A stretch of 32,000 nucleotides of DNA from sequence record CM079450.1. One strand, given 5' to 3'. Made by a program: the position numbers and the translations under genes. The notes beneath the pieces were generated by a model. The model was not told the origin of the DNA and searched no databases. It worked only from the letters and a program-made list of their open reading frames with translations. This document shows, one piece after another, positions 8,516 through 20,991 of this stretch; positions within the stretch are counted from its first letter, which is position 1; each line of letters begins with the position of its first letter.

Positions 8516-8927
8516 TGAAAGCGTAAGCAAAGCTTATACTTTTGTTCTATCGGTTCCCCATAAATGCTATATACGGCGAAGCCGGTCCTTTGTGCGAAGG
8601 AGTCCCTCTTTTTAAGATAAAAGAAAAAAAGGGAGGCCAAAATCACCTTTTATGCCTCACCCCTTCGTTTGTGCAGAGGGACACAAACAAAAAAAAGAAA
8701 GGGGATTTGAGACCCCCCTTTTAGTTTGTTTTTTCGCACCAACTAAAGGAAAGAAGAAGCAATCACCTGCCATACAATCACCTGCCATGCAATTTCCTGG
8801 CAGAGGAAGTTTCTTCTTAAAGAAAAGCGCTTCTTCCCTTAAAATATATAAGGCAAGCGGGAAAAGTCTCAAATAATATAGCAGCTCCCCCTAAATATAT
8901 ATATAGGGCTGGTATTGCTCCCCCACA

Positions 8928-8992
8928 CCAATATAATTTACCAATATAATTTACCAATATAATTTACCAATATAATTTACCAATATAATTTA
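8928..8992. repeat. Tandem repeat, 13-nt unit CCAATATAATTTA, 5 copies
   Basis: There are five exact units at 8928, 8941, 8954, 8967 and 8980. Confidence 0.95.
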
Positions 8993-9132
8993 TAAGGCTC
9001 TCCCTCTTTTGTTTGTGTCCCCGAAGGGGTGAGGCCCCCCCTCCAAAGACCATTCCCTCCAAGGTTCACCTACCAAGAGCATTGCCTGCCAAAGATGTTT
9101 GCACATATATTTTTTGTTATAATATATATGTA

Positions 9133-9260
9133 AATACCTTTTAATTTCATTTGAACACATAATACCTTTTAATACAATTGTAATACCTTTTAATTTCATT
9201 TGAACACATAATACCTTTTAAGTGTATTTCACATACAATTGAACACCTAATACCTTTTTA
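9133..9260 (+). repeat. Five spaced direct copies of AATACCTTTTA(A) in AT-rich unique DNA
   Basis: The motif starts at 9133, 9161, 9182, 9210 and 9249. A 28-nt unit, aataccttttaatttcatttgaacacat, is repeated exactly at 9133 and 9182. Confidence 0.8.
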
Positions 9261-9407
9261 GTGTATTTGACATACTATTATATTACCTTATAGTTTACCA
9301 TACAACATTTTATTTGCATATGAAGTTCAGCCTTTTTATATAGTTGATAAAATAATCTTTTCCTTCGACCAGGCTAATTTCATAATATTTCATAATATTT
9401 TATTAAG

Positions 9408-9604
9408 TTGAAATCCACCTTAATTTTACTGCATTTATTTAAGTTTGAAATCCACTTTAATTTTACTGCAGAGACTTGGAAATCCTTTATTGAAATCCAC
9501 TTTTATTTTACTGCAGAGACTTGGAAATCATTTATTGAAATCCACTTTAATTTTACTGTAGAGACTTGGAAATCCACTTTAATTTACTGCAGAGACTTGG
9601 AAAT
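9408..9604. repeat. Tandem repeat, ~45-nt unit (tgaaatccactttaattttactgcagagacttggaaatcctttat), about 4 copies including truncated ones
   Basis: Units lie at 9446-9490 and 9491-9535. A truncated unit starts at 9536, and a degenerate leading copy lies at 9408-9445. Confidence 0.88.
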
Positions 9605-10111
9605 TACTTAATTCCTTCTGCCACAGTTTCACGACGACGGCCAGGAAATACTTTTAAGATATTTTCCGCTTTTTTTGGCTTTTCGGATTTCATTGGCTTA
9701 GGGCGGAGATAGGGGCACTTTTGGTGGAGATTTTCCTTCATACACCCCCCCTTTTCAAGCACGGGTGTTTTCACCCTTTAGTTTGTGCGAAGAAAGCACA
9801 GAGGGGGTAGTATATACCTATATGCAAGGCTTATATATATATTTATTATACTTCCCCCGCCCCCCCCCTGTGTATATATATTAGAGGGGGGGGTAATAAC
9901 AGGGGGAAAGAAGCCTTATATAATTTATAAGCACTTTTCTGTTCTGCGCAAACAAATAATTTATTTGGTGCAAGGCTTATATACACACTTATTAGACTTC
10001 CCCCGCCCCCCCTGTGTATATATATTAGAGGGGGGGTAATAACAGGGTGAAAGAAGCCTTATATAATTTATAAGCACCAAATAAATTATTTGGTGCTTAT
10101 AAATTATAGGA

Positions 10112-10147
10112 CCGGTCCGGAGGAACCGGCCGGTTCCTCCGGACCGG
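10112..10147. repeat. 36-bp perfect palindrome CCGGTCCGGAGGAACCGG|CCGGTTCCTCCGGACCGG
   Basis: Verified base by base. It is a variant of the 38-bp AACCGGCCGGTT-core family. Confidence 0.95.
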
Positions 10148-10373
10148 GGGTGTAAATCATAATAAAAGGGGGGAGAGGCATAATATAAAAGTTTTTCATT
10201 GCTGCACCCCTTTTATTGCCCTTTGCTTTTGCTTCTCTCCCTCCAAATAAATTATGCCTTTTTTTCTCCCTTTAGTTTGTGCGAAGGAGAAAAATAAGCA
10301 TCATCCCTTTTTTTCTCCCTTTTAGGGAGAAAAAGAAGGGATAATACTTAAAAATATATTAGGGGAGCTTTCT

Positions 10374-10535
10374 TGGTTTTCCCTTTAGTTTGTTTTTTCT
10401 TCTTCTTTCCTTTAGTTGGTGTTCTCGTCCCTTTAGTTTGTTTTTTCGGGAGAACACCAACTAAAGGAAAGAAGAAGAAAAAACAAACTAAAGGGACGAG
10501 AACACCAACTAAAGGAAAGAAGAAAGCAACACCAG
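10374..10535. repeat. Pyrimidine/purine palindromic SDR block (copy)
   Basis: It matches 335-510. The adjoining 10243-10373 is the reverse complement of 201-330. Confidence 0.85.
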
Positions 10536-10693
10536 GGGAAAAGGGGGATATGCCCTCCCTTATTGTTATATACACCCCCTCTTTACTTAAAAAATAAAGA
10601 AAAATAAAGCCGGGGGGTGTATATAACAATAAGGGAGGGCAGGGGTGCATATAATAGTAATAGGCACAATATCTGCCTTATTTTTATCCCCTT

Positions 10694-10852
10694 CCTGGTG
10701 TTGCTTTCTTCTTTCCTTTAGTTGGTGTTCTCGTCCCTTTAGTTTGTTTTTTCTTCTTCTTTCCTTTAGTTGGTGTTCTCCCGAAAAAACAAACTAAAGG
10801 GACGAGAACACCAACTAAAGGAAAGAAGAAGAAAAAACAAACTAAAGGGAAA
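10694..10852. repeat. Pyrimidine/purine palindromic SDR block (copy, same arrangement as 1458-1612)
   Basis: The near-identical string is followed by the same agaaagctcccctaatatatttttaaggggagaaggcataattatttg tail seen at 497-545. Confidence 0.85.
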
Positions 10853-11280
10853 ACCAAGAAAGCTCCCCTAATATATTTTTAAGGGGAGAAGGCATAATTA
10901 TTTGGAGGGTGCCCCGTAAAGGGCCAAGGGGATAAAACAAGGCATTCACCTGTGGTGAAGAGCTTTAAAAACCAAAGGCAATAAAAGGGGTGTAACACCT
11001 TTAAAGAGGGTGCACCTAATAATAAAATAATAAAAGGGCAAAAGGATCATATCCCCAGCTTATATATAAAAAAAAAGCTCCGCTGCAATATAAGCAGGAA
11101 AGAGATATACTTTTCCTTTGCTTTTGCATGCAAGAAAATAAAGCGGGAGGGTACAGAAAGCAATATAGCTTTTAAAGCGGCAACCATATATATTTTTAAG
11201 GCAAAAACAAAGATAAATACGCCTTAGATTGTAATTTAAACAAAGCTAAAACTTTTTTTAGTTCTATATAAAATAAAGTG

Positions 11281-11412
11281 CTTTCAGCCCTAAAGAAAAA
11301 TAAAGAAAAATAAAGAAAAATTATGTACCTACCCCCCCCATACCTCCCTTCTCAGGGAGGGGAGAGGGGGGTAGGTACATAATTTTTCTTTATTTTTCTT
11401 TAGGGCTGAAAG
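11281..11412. repeat. Long inverted repeat in the psbA 3' flank (candidate 3' stem-loop)
   Basis: The left arm (11281-11337) pairs with the right arm (11366-11412). The left arm carries one extra taaagaaaaa unit, forming a 10-nt bulge. The centre holds a second hairpin, cctccc-ttctca-gggagg (11343-11360). The repeat lies about 100-230 nt downstream of the psbA stop. Confidence 0.85.
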
Positions 11413-11473
11413 CAAAAAAATATAAAAGTGCCGCCTACTTTTATATAAGCGGCATTTTTATAAAAAAAAGCGA

Positions 11474-11493
11474 TTTCCTACCGAAATAGGAAA
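11474..11493 (-). terminator. Small stem-loop about 20 nt downstream of the psbA stop (candidate 3' end-processing or stability element)
   Basis: It has a 7-bp stem, tttccta (11474-11480) with taggaaa (11487-11493), and a 6-nt loop. The functional role is inferred from how chloroplast 3' UTR hairpins generally act. Confidence 0.35.
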
Positions 11494-11512
11494 CTGCTTT
11501 GGTACTATAGAA

Positions 11513-11821
<309 letters not shown>

Positions 11822-12062
11822 TTATTCCTAAAATTTCTTAAAGGTACGGACTATATCATCATCTTTTGTAATTCTTATACTAAAAGATGCCGGGCGCTAA
11901 CACAGTATTATTGTTGGGACTCAACTGTTAGTCTCTGAACGTTCTAGAAAACCTATTACAATTTATATTCCATATAATAAGGGCGAAGCCCTTAGTGTAT
12001 GAACACATTGTAAGCCCTTTCTAGCTTCGCTGCGGATTGCCATAGCTATAAATAATATTTTG

Positions 12063-13070
12063 TTACACATCTAAATTAATATTTGAACTTGTCATTTCTT
12101 GCAAAATACCCCAGCTGTGCACAGTTGGCCGCTGTTTTTTAATTACTTTTGCCAATGCACTTGTAACAGTTGTTTGTTGAGCAGCTAACAACTTTTCCTT
12201 ATGTTCCCCTTGTGGGAGGGCTGATATAAGTTTAAGCCGTAATTCTGTAACCAAAGAAAGTTCTCCAGGTGCAAATGTTATTTTGCTTTGGGTAGTTTTA
12301 TGTACCCAAGTGCTACCTTCTTTTAAAAAATTTTTTACTTCTAAACTTAATCTTTCTTTATATTTTTCTATTTTAGCCGGCCTTTGTTTTGTACCCCCTT
12401 TTCTACCAGAAATACGCTGTTGCTCTGGATCATGGAATCCTACCTTTGCTTCTTTTTGCTTTTTGTGAGAAAGCTCAATACGGCTTGTTTGCATTTCTTT
12501 TGTGTGGTGTGTTTTTTGCATGCCTTTTAAAGCCAGTTGATCAGAGGGATTTTTAAAAGTTTCCCATCTAAGTAAATGAGCTTGATGATGCTCCTCTACG
12601 GTCAACTTTACAAGGTTCCAATCCACATCAGGGCCGCCACAATGCTTTGGTATTATATGATGTTGTTGAACAACCAGATTATCAGGGTTTGGTATAGTAT
12701 GCCGATCCAATACAGAAAGTATAAAATTGTTGTAAGGATTAGGATTTTTTTGTAAAAATTCTTTTAATGAATATATGCACTTGATTTGATCAAATTCTGG
12801 CGCTAAAACCTTAGGTTTAGCTTTTTTTCTTTTGGGTAATATACGGCTTTTATTACTGGCACTTATGCTAGTTTTCTTGCACGTAGGACAACCTGTTTTG
12901 CGAGCATTTAAAAAGGATTGGCATGAAGTAACAAACTGCGTGTTGCAGTTAAGACAAAACAAGCAGATCTTACTTTTATGCACAGTGGTATAGCCGCTCA
13001 TATCAATGACTTTTAGATTTCTTTCTTTAGCAATATCAATGTAATGTTGTGGCGTAAGTTTTTGTGTCAT
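12063..13070 (-). CDS. Intron-encoded H-N-H homing-endonuclease-like protein (335 aa) with an N-terminal Cys-rich (CxxC...CxxC) region
   Basis: The ATG is at 13068-13070. The motifs QQHHIIPKHCGGPD...WNLVKLTVEEHHQAH form an H-N-H signature. The N-terminus has CLFCLNCN...CPTC. The ORF is free-standing inside the group I intron and is homologous to the intron 1 ORF. Confidence 0.85.
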   Translation of the reverse strand: MTQKLTPQHYIDIAKERNLKVIDMSGYTTVHKSKICLFCLNCNTQFVTSCQSFLNARKTGCPTCKKTSISASNKSRILPKRKKAKPKVLAPEFDQIKCIYSLKEFLQKNPNPYNNFILSVLDRHTIPNPDNLVVQQHHIIPKHCGGPDVDWNLVKLTVEEHHQAHLLRWETFKNPSDQLALKGMQKTHHTKEMQTSRIELSHKKQKEAKVGFHDPEQQRISGRKGGTKQRPAKIEKYKERLSLEVKNFLKEGSTWVHKTTQSKITFAPGELSLVTELRLKLISALPQGEHKEKLLAAQQTTVTSALAKVIKKQRPTVHSWGILQEMTSSNINLDV

Positions 13071-13078
13071 TTTAATAT

Positions 13079-13085
13079 CCTCCTT
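13079..13085 (-). promoter_or_regulatory. Shine-Dalgarno-like AAGGAGG located 8 nt upstream of the intron 2 ORF start
   Basis: The minus strand reads AAGGAGGATATTAAAATG. No comparable motif is seen upstream of psbA, rps2, rps18 or the intron 1 ORF. Confidence 0.55.
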
Positions 13086-13275
13086 AATAAATAAAATTTA
13101 AAATTATAACAACCACTTATCATTATAAAACAACTTACAACTTTGTTGAAATTGCTACTTTAGTCAAATATTTTTGTTAGATGTGCACATACTTAATATA
13201 TTTATAACCTTAGGGTTCCCGACAATTCACCCAGTTATTCGAAGATCTTCACAGATCTAAGTCACAGTTATGTTA

Positions 13276-15230
<1,955 letters not shown>

Positions 15231-15417
15231 TTATTAAGTTTGTTTAATTGTTTAAGTTCTCCGTTTTATTTTTTTATTATAACTATGCTTGCCCCTTCTT
15301 TTTATCTCCTCCCCCCTAAATAATAATTGGGGAGGTGGTGGGTAATTAAAAATAGAGGCACATATTACTTAGTCAGTTTTTTTAATTCAAGCTTCTATAA
15401 AAATGCTCGGTGCTTCC

Positions 15418-15445
15418 ATTATAACATAATTTTTTTATTTGACAA
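15418..15445 (-). promoter_or_regulatory. Candidate sigma70-type psbA promoter (-35 TTGTCA, 16-nt spacer, -10 TATAAT)
   Basis: The minus strand reads TTGTCAAATAAAAAAATTATGTTATAATGG, with -10 at 15418-15423 and -35 at 15440-15445. It lies about 190 nt upstream of the psbA ATG. The assignment rests on sequence pattern only. Confidence 0.5.
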
Positions 15446-17103
15446 GTTCTTTTTTATTTTGCGTTTATTTTCACTAAAAAAAATAGAAAACTAATACGGA
15501 CCTGGTTTGCTACCTTAGTAATTGGCCACCTTTTGTGGTTGCCTCTCTTTTTTGGATACCCCAATTTGTTGTTTGCTTATTTTTAGTGTTTTTCTTTTCA
15601 TAATTTCTTGCTTTGCAAGAAAAAAGGGAGAGCTATAAAACAATAAGACATAAAGACTAAGGGCTTCGCCCTTATTATATGGAATATAAAAAGAAGACCC
15701 TCTACGGGGGAATAATATATATATAATCTTTTTAGTATTTGCTCCTGTATTAGGCAGCTGTAATGCTAAACCCGCATATACGCAAAAAGGTATATATTCT
15801 CTGCATATTCTTTTCTTCTTTTCTTTTTTTTTGCTCTTACCCATTATGTGGAGGGCACCCTTATTTAAATAAAGGGCATTACTTTCATACACTAAAAGCG
15901 AAGCTTTTATTATATGAAATATAAGTATTAACATTGCTTTAAAATAAATGAGAGCGCTTTTAAAAGGTATAGCATTTCTTATGACCTGTAGAAGCCAAAG
16001 GCTTATATACTGTTTTTATGCATAAATACTTTTTTTATGCATAAATTAGCTTCTGCCTTTTAATGCTTGCCTTTCCTAAAAAGGCTTATTCTTTTTTTGC
16101 ACCAAATAATTATTTGGTGCCTCTCCCTACACCATCTTGGGTGGTGTCTATTATAATAAAAGAGGGTGCACTTAGAAAGGCTATGGTTTTATTGGTGCTA
16201 TTGTATACCCTTGCTTACTTATCCCCCTGCCTTTGCTTTTTATTTTTTAGCTTGACTCTTATAATATGTAATATGTTCTTAAGTTTATAAGTTAAAGGGA
16301 GGGGTGTTCATGACCTCTTTACATAAAAAACTAAAAAGCCCTCCCTTTTTTTGTAAGCCTAAAAAATTATATGGGGGGAGAAGGCCCAGTGTATATACAC
16401 ACCAGCATTTATATAAACTTTCTGCTTCCCTCCAAATAATTATTTGGCCTACTGCACCACAAACAAGTAGCAAACAAATAAGTAGCAAAAAGGCTTATTA
16501 TTATATACCGGTCCTTGCACCAAATAATTATTTGTTTGCGCAGAACAGAAAAGTGCAAGGCTTTTATTTTTTTTATTTTTTTTATTTTTTGCATATGCCT
16601 TTGTTCCCGCATGTGTACAAAATAAATGCTTTCCCTTTAGTTTGTGCGTCCTTCTTTCCTTTAGTTGGTGTTTTCTTCTGTTGGTGTTCTCCCGTCCTTC
16701 TTTCCTTTAGTTGGTGTTTTCTTCTTCTTCTTTCCTTTAGTTGGTGTTTTCTTCTGTCTGTGCGTCCCTCCGGTCCTTGCACTTTGTGCATAGTATAAGC
16801 AAAGCTTATGCTATGGAGAGAACACCAAATCATTATTTGGTGCTTATAAATTAGGACCGGAAAAGCACTTTTCTTTTAACTATGCGCTTCTTTCCTTTAG
16901 GAAAGCATATACGCGCGAAGCGCGGAGAAGGGGTGTTTTCTTAAACACCAACAGAAAAAACAAACTAAAGGGACGAGAACACCAACAGAAAAAACAAACT
17001 AAAGGGGTGTTTTCTTAAACACCAACAGAAAAGACAAACTAAAGGGGTGTTTTCTTAAGCACCAAATAATTATTTTGTGCAAGGCTTTTATGGCAGTGCT
17101 TTT

Positions 17104-17141
17104 CCGGTCCGGTAGGAACCGGCCGGTTCCTACCGGACCGG
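17104..17141. repeat. 38-bp perfect palindrome (AACCGGCCGGTT-core family)
   Basis: It is identical to 7438-7475. Confidence 0.95.
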
Positions 17142-18595
17142 AGGGGAACCCATAAATGCCTTCCCTGTGTATATATATAGGGAAAGCACCAAATAATTAT
17201 TTGGTGCTTCTTTTCCCCCTTTCCTTTAGCAATGAGCAAAAGGGAGGAATTCCCCTTTGTTTTAAGGCGTCCAGAAGAGCTTATATGAAATATAATAAAA
17301 ACTTCTTATATGAAATATAATTATATGAAATATAAGTTTTTAGTTATATTTTCACCCCTTCCTTAAAAGAAAAGTGCTTTTCCGGTCTTCTGACGGTAGC
17401 ATAAGCTTTGCTTATACTTAATTTAAAAGAAGAGAGAACACCAAATAATTATTTGGTGCAAGGACCGGAAGGACGCACCAACTAAAGGGAAGATAGCATT
17501 TATAAATAATATAAGGCTTCTTTCCCTTCCGGTCCATCGGCGAAGCCTTATATAATTTATAAGCACTTCTATAAGCTTTGCTTATAAAATAATAATGCCT
17601 TCCCCACCAGTGCAAGGCTTTATTTTCCAGCCTTATATAATTTATAAGCACCAAATAATTATTTGGTGCTTTTCCGAAGCATAAGCAAAGCTTATACTAT
17701 GGAGAGAACACCAAATAATTATTTGGTGCTTTTCCGAAGCATAAGCTTTGCTTATAGCATAAGCTTTGCTTATACTATGGAGAGAACACAAAGTGCTTCG
17801 GCTTCGCCGATGGACCGGAAAAGCACTATTATGCCTTTGTTTCTTAATAAAACACCCCTTATAAATTATATAAGGGCACTTTTCTTAAAACCAAATTATT
17901 ATTTGTTTGTGCAGAGGGAAGAAGGATGATATAACTTGCCGGTCCTTGCACCAAATAATTATTTGGTGCAAGGACCGGCAATAGTAAAGGGAAGAAGCGT
18001 TAAAACCAAATTATTATTTGTTTGTGCAGAGGGGGAAAGAATGAGGGAAGGAAAAAAGAAACCAAAGGGGAAAGCAAAGCATATAATAATAAAAGGGGAG
18101 GCTTTTTTTTTGTGTCCTTCCGGTCTTCTGACGGTAGCATAAGCTTTGCTTATACTTAATTTAAAAGAAGAGAGAACACCAAATAATTATTGGGTGCTTA
18201 TAAATAAATATAAGGCTGTCGGTGTTCTCCCGAAGAAAATAAAGCCTTCCCTTTAGTTTGTTTTTTCTGTTGGTGTTCTCACCCCTTCGGGGACGCACAG
18301 ACAGAAGAAAACACCAACTAAAGGAAAGAAGAATGGACCGGAAAAGCACTTTTCTTTTAACGAAGGGGTGAGGCAGCACCCATAAATGCCTAAGTTTTCC
18401 ATAATGAAAGTGGAGTAGGGGGAGAAAAGGTTGGTAGAAAAGCATAGCTTTTACAAGCCTTTATAAAAGCTCCCCCTGTAGGGAGGCATTTAGTGTTGAG
18501 AGGAACAGAAAAGTACGAGCGTTTCTTACCTAAAGGGAAGACGCTTTTTATATGCGTTAAATAACTTAGTAGGACCTTCCATTTTCGGGATTGAC

Positions 18596-18669
18596 GGGGC
18601 TTGAACCCGCAACTTCCGCCTTGACAGGGCGGTGCTCTAACCAATTGAACTACAATCCCTTTTTTAAAC
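18596..18669 (-). tRNA. trnD: tRNA-Asp (anticodon GUC)
   Basis: The minus strand reads GGGATTGTAGTTCAATTGGTTAGAGCACCGCCCTGTCAAGGCGGAAGTTGCGGGTTCAAGCCCCGTCAATCCCG (74 nt). It folds as a cloverleaf: acceptor GGGATTG/CAATCCC, D stem GTTC/GAGC, anticodon stem CCGCC/GGCGG with loop CTGTCAA, T stem GCGGG/CCCGT with loop TTCAAGC, and discriminator G. No CCA is encoded. Confidence 0.95.
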
Positions 18670-18963
18670 TTACTTACACGTTATTGTAGCATAGAAATAA
18701 AAAAAAGTCTACTGTATTAATCTTTAATTGACAAAAAAAAAATAAAAGTCACTGGCTTTTTATGGTTATTTATGCCTTCGCTTCTGACAAACAATCCAAA
18801 CAAAGGGGATAATGCACTTCTGGCAGCCATAATATATGTGATGCTCTTTGTTTTCATTATGCTATAAGCCACCAGCATTTTGTATGCTTATAAAAAGTAA
18901 AACTTTGGAGCAGCTATAGCATTCTTCGCTCTTTTTTATTATGTACCACTGTCTTATTGTAAT

Positions 18964-19046
18964 CCCTCCCTACCTCCCTGCCTATCTCCTTACCTACTTC
19001 CCTACCTACCTCCCTACCTACCTCCCTACCTACCTACCTACCTTTT
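18964..19046. repeat. G-poor low-complexity tract of degenerate TACC / TCCC units
   Basis: The tract reads ccctccctacctccctgcctatctccttacctacttccctacctacctccctacctacctccctacctacctacctacc and contains a single G on the plus strand. Confidence 0.85.
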
Positions 19047-19075
19047 ACGCATGGCGTAATAGACGCATCCCCTTT

Positions 19076-19119
19076 ACCATAAGTGCTGGTACCTCCAACC
19101 ATAAGTGCTGGTACCTCCA
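19076..19119. repeat. Exact tandem duplication of a 22-nt unit ACCATAAGTGCTGGTACCTCCA
   Basis: The copies at 19076-19097 and 19098-19119 are identical. Confidence 0.95.
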
Positions 19120-20182
19120 AAAAAGGGTTTCCTCCTGCAGAAGTACCCTTTAAGGGTCCCCTATTGGAATATAAGAACCCTTCCATTTCCTAAAAAGAAA
19201 TGGGGTAAAGAAATCTCATACAATCCAAAGTCTTTTTATTTCCTATACTGAACTCCTTCCCCTTTTGTTTTAAGGCTGAGCTTATCCCTTTGGGATGATA
19301 AAAACTTCGTTTTTAGTTATATTTTCCTTTTTTTCTCCCTTTTGGTTTGTGTCCTTCCGGTCCATTCTTCTTTCCTTTAGTTGGTGTTCTCGTCCCTTTA
19401 GTTTGTTTCCCGCAAGGGAAGAAGAAGAAAAAACAAACTAAAGGGAAATCCCTTTGTTTGGATTGTTTGTCTTCTGACGAAGCGCAGCATAATATTATTT
19501 ATAAGCACTTTTCTGTTCTGCGCAAACAAATAATTATTTGGTGTTCTCTCTTCTTTTAAATTAAGTATAAGCTTTGCTTATGCTACCGTCAGAAGACCGG
19601 AAAAGCACTTTTCTTTTAACGAAGGGGTGAGGAGAAAAATAAGCACAAACAAAAGGGAAGATAGTGCAGAGGGAGGGAGGAGCCTCCCCCTCATTTGGCT
19701 TTTTTTCCCCCTCATTCTTTCCCTTCGCACAAACCAAATAATAATTTGTTTGTGTTTATAAATAATATAAGGCTTCTTTCCCCCTCTGCACAAACAAATT
19801 ATTATTTGTTTTAACTAAAAACGAAGTTTTTATAAAGGCTCCGCCTTTAGCTGCCTTCCAGAAGAAGAGCTTATATGAAATATAATAAAAACTTCTTATA
19901 TTCCATATAATTATATGAAATATAAGTTTTTAGTTATATTTTCCTTTTGTAAACTAGCACTTTTCATAATTTCTTGCTTTTCTGCACCAAATAATTATTT
20001 GGTGCAGAAAATTTTGTTTAAACGCTTCTTCTTCTTTCCTCCGGTCCATTCCCTAAAGGGAAGGCTTTATTTTCCAGCCTTATATTATTTATAAGCACCA
20101 AATAATTATTTGTTTGCGCAGAACAGAAAAGTGCTTATAAATAAATATAAGGCTGGAAAATAAAGCCTTCGTTTGTGCTTTT

Positions 20183-20220
20183 CCGGTCCGGTAGGAACCG
20201 GCCGGTTCCTACCGGACCGG
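20183..20220. repeat. 38-bp perfect palindrome (AACCGGCCGGTT-core family)
   Basis: It is identical to 7438-7475 and 17104-17141. Confidence 0.95.
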
Positions 20221-20991
20221 AGAAAAGCACTTTTCTGTTCTGCGCAAACAAATAATTATTTGGTGTTCTCTCTTCTTTTAAATTAAGTATAAGCAAAGCT
20301 TATGCTACCGTCAGAAGACCGGAAGGACACAAAATAAAAGCCATATATGGCGAAGCCAGAGCAAGAAAAAAGGGGGGGCTTTATTTTTTAAGTAAAGGCA
20401 AGATAGTGCAGAGGGGGAAAAGAAGCACTTTTATGAAACAAAGGGGGTTGAGCCCTTTCCCCTTTGGGGATGGGCAAAGAAAGCGTATAGAAGGTGGTTT
20501 TTTCTATCCCTTCGCACAAACAAAGGGATAGAAGCCTTTTCCCTATGGGGGTATCCTCTCTGCACAAACGAAATGCGGGGGGGACCCCTTTTATACTTTT
20601 TGTTTTTGCAGAAGGGATATACCCACCTATGGTGTGGCTTCCCTTTTCTGTTCCTGCTTCCTGGTGTTGCTTATTTTTCTCCTCACCCCTTCGTTAAAAG
20701 AAAAGTGCTTTTCCGGTCTTCTGACGGTAGGAACCGGCCGGTTCCTACCGGACCGGTCCATCGGCTTCGCCTTGCTCCCCAAAGGGGAGAAGTGCATGGA
20801 CCGGAGGCACACAAACCAAAAGGGAGAAAAAACGAAAAAAAGAAAAGCCGGTCCTAATTTATAAGCACCAAATAATTATTTGGTGTTCTCTCTTCTTTTA
20901 AATTAAGTATAAGCAAAGCTTATGCTACCGTCAGAAGACCGGCTTCTTTTTTTTAAGTAAAGGGAAGCCCCCTTTTTTTCTCCTTTTACTT

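Noticed and set aside
9408-9611. A CRISPR-like appearance from regular ~45-nt direct repeats.
   Set aside because: The units are contiguous with no unique spacers between them, there are no cas genes, and the context is a plastid. It is an ordinary tandem repeat.
9604-9693. A 29-codon minus-strand ORF, MKSEKPKKAENILKVFPGRRRETVAEGIK, considered as a possible small ribosomal or plastid protein gene.
   Set aside because: I did not call it as a feature because I cannot match it to any known small plastid protein and it is below any reasonable length threshold. I kept it only as part of the finding on the 8.9-9.7 kb island, to be checked by search.
15515-15934. ORF139 (-) between psbA and the SDR field.
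   Set aside because: It contains SDR modules (taagggcttcgcccttattatatggaatat) and low-complexity K-runs. It has no recognisable domain and lies where the psbA upstream spacer is expected.
16304-16798. ORF164 (+), together with the similar long ORFs 27253..27753 (-), 29546..30001 (-) and 17418..17929.
   Set aside because: They consist entirely of concatenated SDR modules (the recurring peptides PNNYLV, SISFAYT and LIINYIRL derive from the caccaaataattatttggtg and ataagcaaagcttat modules).
18390-18644. ORF 18390..18644 (-), 84 aa.
   Set aside because: It reads through the trnD gene body (18596-18669), so it is an artefact of the tRNA sequence plus spacer.
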